From contig CP147778.1 of NCBI GenBank assembly GCA_037305845.1, positions 608,001 to 672,000 on the forward strand: 64,000 nt of DNA, read 5' to 3'. The position numbers were made by a program, and so were the translations under genes. This DNA comes from Candidatus Freyarchaeum deiterrae. Its GTDB lineage: Archaea; Asgardarchaeota; Jordiarchaeia; Jordiarchaeales; Jordiarchaeaceae. This document shows, piece by piece, positions 60,576 through 64,000 of this stretch. A model generated the notes under the pieces. That model did not search any database and was not told the DNA's origin. It saw nothing but the letters and a program-made list of their open reading frames with translations. Each line of letters begins with the position of its first letter. Position 1 is the stretch's first letter.

Positions 60576-62225
60576 TTGGCTTGCAGGGAGATTGCAGAAA
60601 AAGCAAAACAAGCACAGGAAAAAGGAGAAAGTAAAGAAGCAATTGAACTCTACAAACAAGCCGCCGATTGCTTTGATAAAGCCGGAGAAAACGAACAGGC
60701 AGCCAAGACATTGTACCTCTTAGCTGAGGTATACCGCGGAAAAAAGGATTACTTTAGCGCGGCTAACGCTTTAAAAGACTCGATAATGCGCTATTCATTA
60801 TTGGGCAATGTAGAAGCAGCGGAAGAAATCTCGAATAATATCACTGAAAAAGAAATAAAGTCATCCCAGACTTTTCAGTTTGCAATTAACTTTATGAAGG
60901 AGAGAGCGAGAGCCTCAGGCTCAGATGGGGGAACCTATGAGGAACCCCTAACAAATGAAGGAATGGAAACCGCTCTGAAAGAGATTGAGAAGAAATTTGA
61001 AGTCGTACCAGTGGATGACAAAATTTATGGTATCCTCGGTGATAAAACTGCTAATTTTATTCCAGCCATAGAAAGAATTCGGCTAAAAGGCAAACCAACA
61101 ACAAACCAGTTACAGAAATTAATCGGAACTGCTCTGGAGAGCAAAAGAGTAAGAGTAAAAAACGAGATCATTTCTACAATTACGGCTAAAAGGGAAAAAG
61201 AAGACTTCGAAGTGAGCTTCAAAACCAACATTGAAAAAGAGGATACTCAAGGCATGGCCCGGGTTTATTTTGATAATAGCTACGAATCGCTCTTGAGGGA
61301 CGCCGTCCTCACGTGCTTTATCCCTGCTTGCTACAATGTGGAGAAAATAGATTCCCCAGTTCGACCGAAAACGCGCCCGGTCCTTGAAGGAATGGAAGCA
61401 TCGTTCGACTTGAAAAAATTATCATCTGGGGAAAAAATTAATGTCAATTTTACACTAAGAAGAAACCTCTCCCGTACGATGATAATGGGGCAGGGTAAAG
61501 AAATATGGGTGATTCGAACGCATGTTCCAATCATTCAGGAAACACCCACTCGTTTCAGAGCAAATCTAACCACCCTAAATAACACGGGAAAAGTGATGGA
61601 TAACGTTATTCTGGAGGATGTAATTCCTCTAGAATTATCGGTTGTAGAGATCTCCCCGAGTGATGTTCAACTATATGCGAAGGATATGGAAGACACTCTA
61701 TTACAACGGATAACATCCAGCTTTGGGAAAAATGAAAAATTGGAAATTACATATCTGTTGGAGCCACGAAAAACATTCAGAATAATTGAAAAACAGATTC
61801 AGTTAAAGGATGGGCGAAACATAGGAAAGTTGACAAAAATCATCGAGCCAATTAGCACGCAAAACAAATTTCTGGTAAACATAGAATTTCAAAATCTCAC
61901 ACACACCGACCTTGAGAATGTTATAATAAAAGACAAATTGCCTACAACCCTAAAGCTGCCAAAAGCAACCATTGACGCAGAGATAACAACTATCGAAAAA
62001 GGGTACCACTTAACATGGAAGTTCCCCAAAATTATGGAAGGGCAATCAATCGAAATTTCCTACCTAACAGAGGGAGAAGAAGCAACGTATAAAGAAGTAC
62101 CAGAAATCGAGCTAGAGGGATACCAGAGCTACGAGGACAGACACATATCCTCAGACCGATATCAAGGCATTATAAGAGAATCAAAGGGATTAATGGAATT
62201 CAAAAAAGCAAGTCGCTTAACTTAA
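60576..62225 (+). CDS. Alpha-SNAP/TPR-like N-terminus plus three Ig-like beta-sandwich repeats (start TTG 60576)
   Basis: AIELYKQAADCF.KAG helical repeats; three N....L.NV...D..P...I.Y units; GGAGG RBS. Confidence 0.65.
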   Translation: MACREIAEKAKQAQEKGESKEAIELYKQAADCFDKAGENEQAAKTLYLLAEVYRGKKDYFSAANALKDSIMRYSLLGNVEAAEEISNNITEKEIKSSQTFQFAINFMKERARASGSDGGTYEEPLTNEGMETALKEIEKKFEVVPVDDKIYGILGDKTANFIPAIERIRLKGKPTTNQLQKLIGTALESKRVRVKNEIISTITAKREKEDFEVSFKTNIEKEDTQGMARVYFDNSYESLLRDAVLTCFIPACYNVEKIDSPVRPKTRPVLEGMEASFDLKKLSSGEKINVNFTLRRNLSRTMIMGQGKEIWVIRTHVPIIQETPTRFRANLTTLNNTGKVMDNVILEDVIPLELSVVEISPSDVQLYAKDMEDTLLQRITSSFGKNEKLEITYLLEPRKTFRIIEKQIQLKDGRNIGKLTKIIEPISTQNKFLVNIEFQNLTHTDLENVIIKDKLPTTLKLPKATIDAEITTIEKGYHLTWKFPKIMEGQSIEISYLTEGEEATYKEVPEIELEGYQSYEDRHISSDRYQGIIRESKGLMEFKKASRLT

Positions 62226-62326
62226 TAAAAACCTAGAGAACTCAAAAGGCAATTTTAAAAAAATAAGAAAATAAAAAAAAGAAACAAGCTTATAGTGGTA
62301 TCTAATATATACCGGCCCAAACAAGT

Positions 62327-62650
62327 CTACAAATGCAATGGCGATGATGATTTAGCTGCTTTTGGTTTTGCCGACGCCTTTGCTTTAGCCGCCTTTTCTC
62401 TTTCTATCTTCGCTTTTTCTCTCTGCTTAGCTTCGTCTTTTTTAATGCTCTCTGAGGTGCTCTCGATGTTTTTTACATGTTTCTCCGCATCGCTTCTCAG
62501 ACCACGGAAAAGGCTTATTTCCTTACTCTTGTTCTTCTTTGTAGCGTCGGCTTCCATTTTCTGGTAGGTGGCTACACTTGCCTTCTCCCTAGAGAGGGCG
62601 GTAGCTAATGGGCCTGTAGGCTTAGGCTTTGATTTTGGTTTCGCTGCCAT
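62327..62650 (-). CDS. Small basic Lys/Ala-rich protein with a ferritin/rubrerythrin-like helix pair
   Basis: L..ALSRE.....Y ... LF..L...AEKH; tails AAKPKSKPKP and KAAKAKASAKPKAAK. Confidence 0.6.
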   Translation of the reverse strand: MAAKPKSKPKPTGPLATALSREKASVATYQKMEADATKKNKSKEISLFRGLRSDAEKHVKNIESTSESIKKDEAKQREKAKIEREKAAKAKASAKPKAAKSSSPLHL

Positions 62651-62965
62651 TCTATTACCCCAACAAATTTTATTTTTTTGTAATTGTTTGTATAATTTTA
62701 GTTAGGTTATACAATTTATTATTATGGTGTCTTATAAGTTCTTCGATTTTTAAAAAGGTTTCTATTCCCAGTTGAAAAATCTCTAAAAAAATTGTGTTAT
62801 CATCTCGCGCTTCGAGGTGAAAAATCCTTCCAAACGTTCCCTCCAAAAATTTTTGCTACCTGAATCAGAAAAACCATTTGAATACTATTCGAAATAGCCT
62901 CAACAGCCTCTTTTATGATTGGATTTCGAATAAGAGGCTTTGATTTTCTAATTTAGGCGCCCATT

Positions 62966-64000
62966 TTATAAGTCGAATCTTTTCTCAATCTCTGGGAGTC
63001 TCAAGGTGTTAATCAAGTTGTTTTTTGTGCACCATCCTCTCCTAGCCTGGTCTACACCGTACTCCATAAAATCTAAATGGTTTTTATTATGAGAATCCGT
63101 TCCAATAGCCAGACCCACGCCTCTATCCACAGCGGATTTGATTTGGATATCTCTGAGATCCAGTCTATCTGGAAATGCGTTTATCTCCAGAATTATTCCA
63201 AGTTCCTTGGCCCTCTCTATTATAGTAAGCAAATCTATCTCGTACGGGATTCTCCTGTTGATTATTCTCCCAGTTGGATGTACCAGTATATGCATTAAGC
63301 CGCTTTCCATAGCTTTTATTACTCTTTTTGTGGTAACCTCTTCGCTAGCTTTGAAGCCGGAATGCACTGCCGCGAGAACCACGTCTAGCTCTTCAAGGAG
63401 ACCTCGGCTTAGATCGAGCTCCCCGTCCGCTTTTATGTTAACCTCAGCCGACTTTAGAATTCTGAAATCGCCAAACTTGTTATTAAGCTGGTCTATTTCC
63501 TTCATTTGTTTTTTTAATTTCTCATCATCCATAGCTCCAGCGATTTTGAGGGAGCCCACATGGTCAGAAATGCTGATGTACTCGTATTTTCTTTCCCGGG
63601 CGACCTGTGCTAAATCGGATATGGAGTCCACTCCGTCGCTCCATTGGCTGTGGACATGAAAATCTCCCCGAATATCGGATAGCTGCACTAGGTTGGGCAG
63701 TCTGTTTTTCGCAGCGGCCTCGACTTCACCCATGTCCTCCCTAAGCTCGGGCTCAATGTAACCTAAGCCTAGTGCACTATAGCATTCTTCCTCGGTTCTC
63801 CCAGCTATTCTGGTATCGTCTCTGAATACTCCGTATTCGCTCAGTTTTAGACCCTTTTCTATGGCTATGATTCTCAACTTAACGTTGTGCTCCTTAGACC
63901 CGGTGAAGTAGAGCAGAGCCGAACCATAGATTTCCTCATCAAACACTCGGATATCAACCTGCAAGCCTTCCTTTAACACAATCGAAGATTTCGCGGCTCC
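62966..64000 (-). CDS. polX: DNA polymerase X / PHP domain protein (5' end outside the window)
   Basis: VD.R, YFTGSKEHN..LR, LSEYG, PELRE, D.H.HS.WSDG, HPTGR, EINA.P.RLDL, TDSH. Confidence 0.95.
   Translation of the reverse strand, partial: GAAKSSIVLKEGLQVDIRVFDEEIYGSALLYFTGSKEHNVKLRIIAIEKGLKLSEYGVFRDDTRIAGRTEEECYSALGLGYIEPELREDMGEVEAAAKNRLPNLVQLSDIRGDFHVHSQWSDGVDSISDLAQVARERKYEYISISDHVGSLKIAGAMDDEKLKKQMKEIDQLNNKFGDFRILKSAEVNIKADGELDLSRGLLEELDVVLAAVHSGFKASEEVTTKRVIKAMESGLMHILVHPTGRIINRRIPYEIDLLTIIERAKELGIILEINAFPDRLDLRDIQIKSAVDRGVGLAIGTDSHNKNHLDFMEYGVDQARRGWCTKNNLINTLRLPEIEKRFDL

Noticed and set aside
137-63659. Many short antisense/overlapping ORFs in the track (e.g. 970-1365, 16082-16615, 48748-49227, 63138-63659)
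   Set aside because: Shadows of well-supported genes on the opposite strand or frame

Overview
AT-rich archaeal chromosomal window, most likely from an Asgard archaeon. This is inferred from TFE, archaeal SHMT, Trm5-like, UPF0280/UPF0282 and TATA/GGAGG signals, plus many eukaryotic-signature-like genes: two Cys-tailed longin-like paralogues, three tandem folliculin/SMCR8-like longin proteins, a Rab-like pseudo-GTPase, a V4R protein and alpha-SNAP/TPR-like proteins. Housekeeping genes include glyA, nadE, gdhA, tfe, alkA, nfo-like, guaB, nfi, modE/mop, PhoU-like, a GT4/GH57 glucan operon and polX. An accessory block at about 14.4-29.9 kb holds a duplicated ABC-2 exporter unit and an arsenic/metal-stress island: acr3, an ArsR regulator, a radical SAM/SPASM enzyme and an operon with five DGC-domain genes, one fused to a lipoyl-carrier (GcvH) domain, together with an HdrA-N-like protein and a ferredoxin. 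Several decayed genes lie in this block (second Acr3/BASS-like transporter, bacterioferritin, galactokinase). The best candidates for an undescribed system are (i) the DGC/lipoyl-carrier arsenic module, (ii) the FLCN-like longin array with a conserved putative arginine finger, and (iii) the ubiquitin-like plus pseudo-Rab operon. No rRNA, tRNA, CRISPR array or intact transposase was recognised. All family assignments come from motif recognition by eye, not from database searches.
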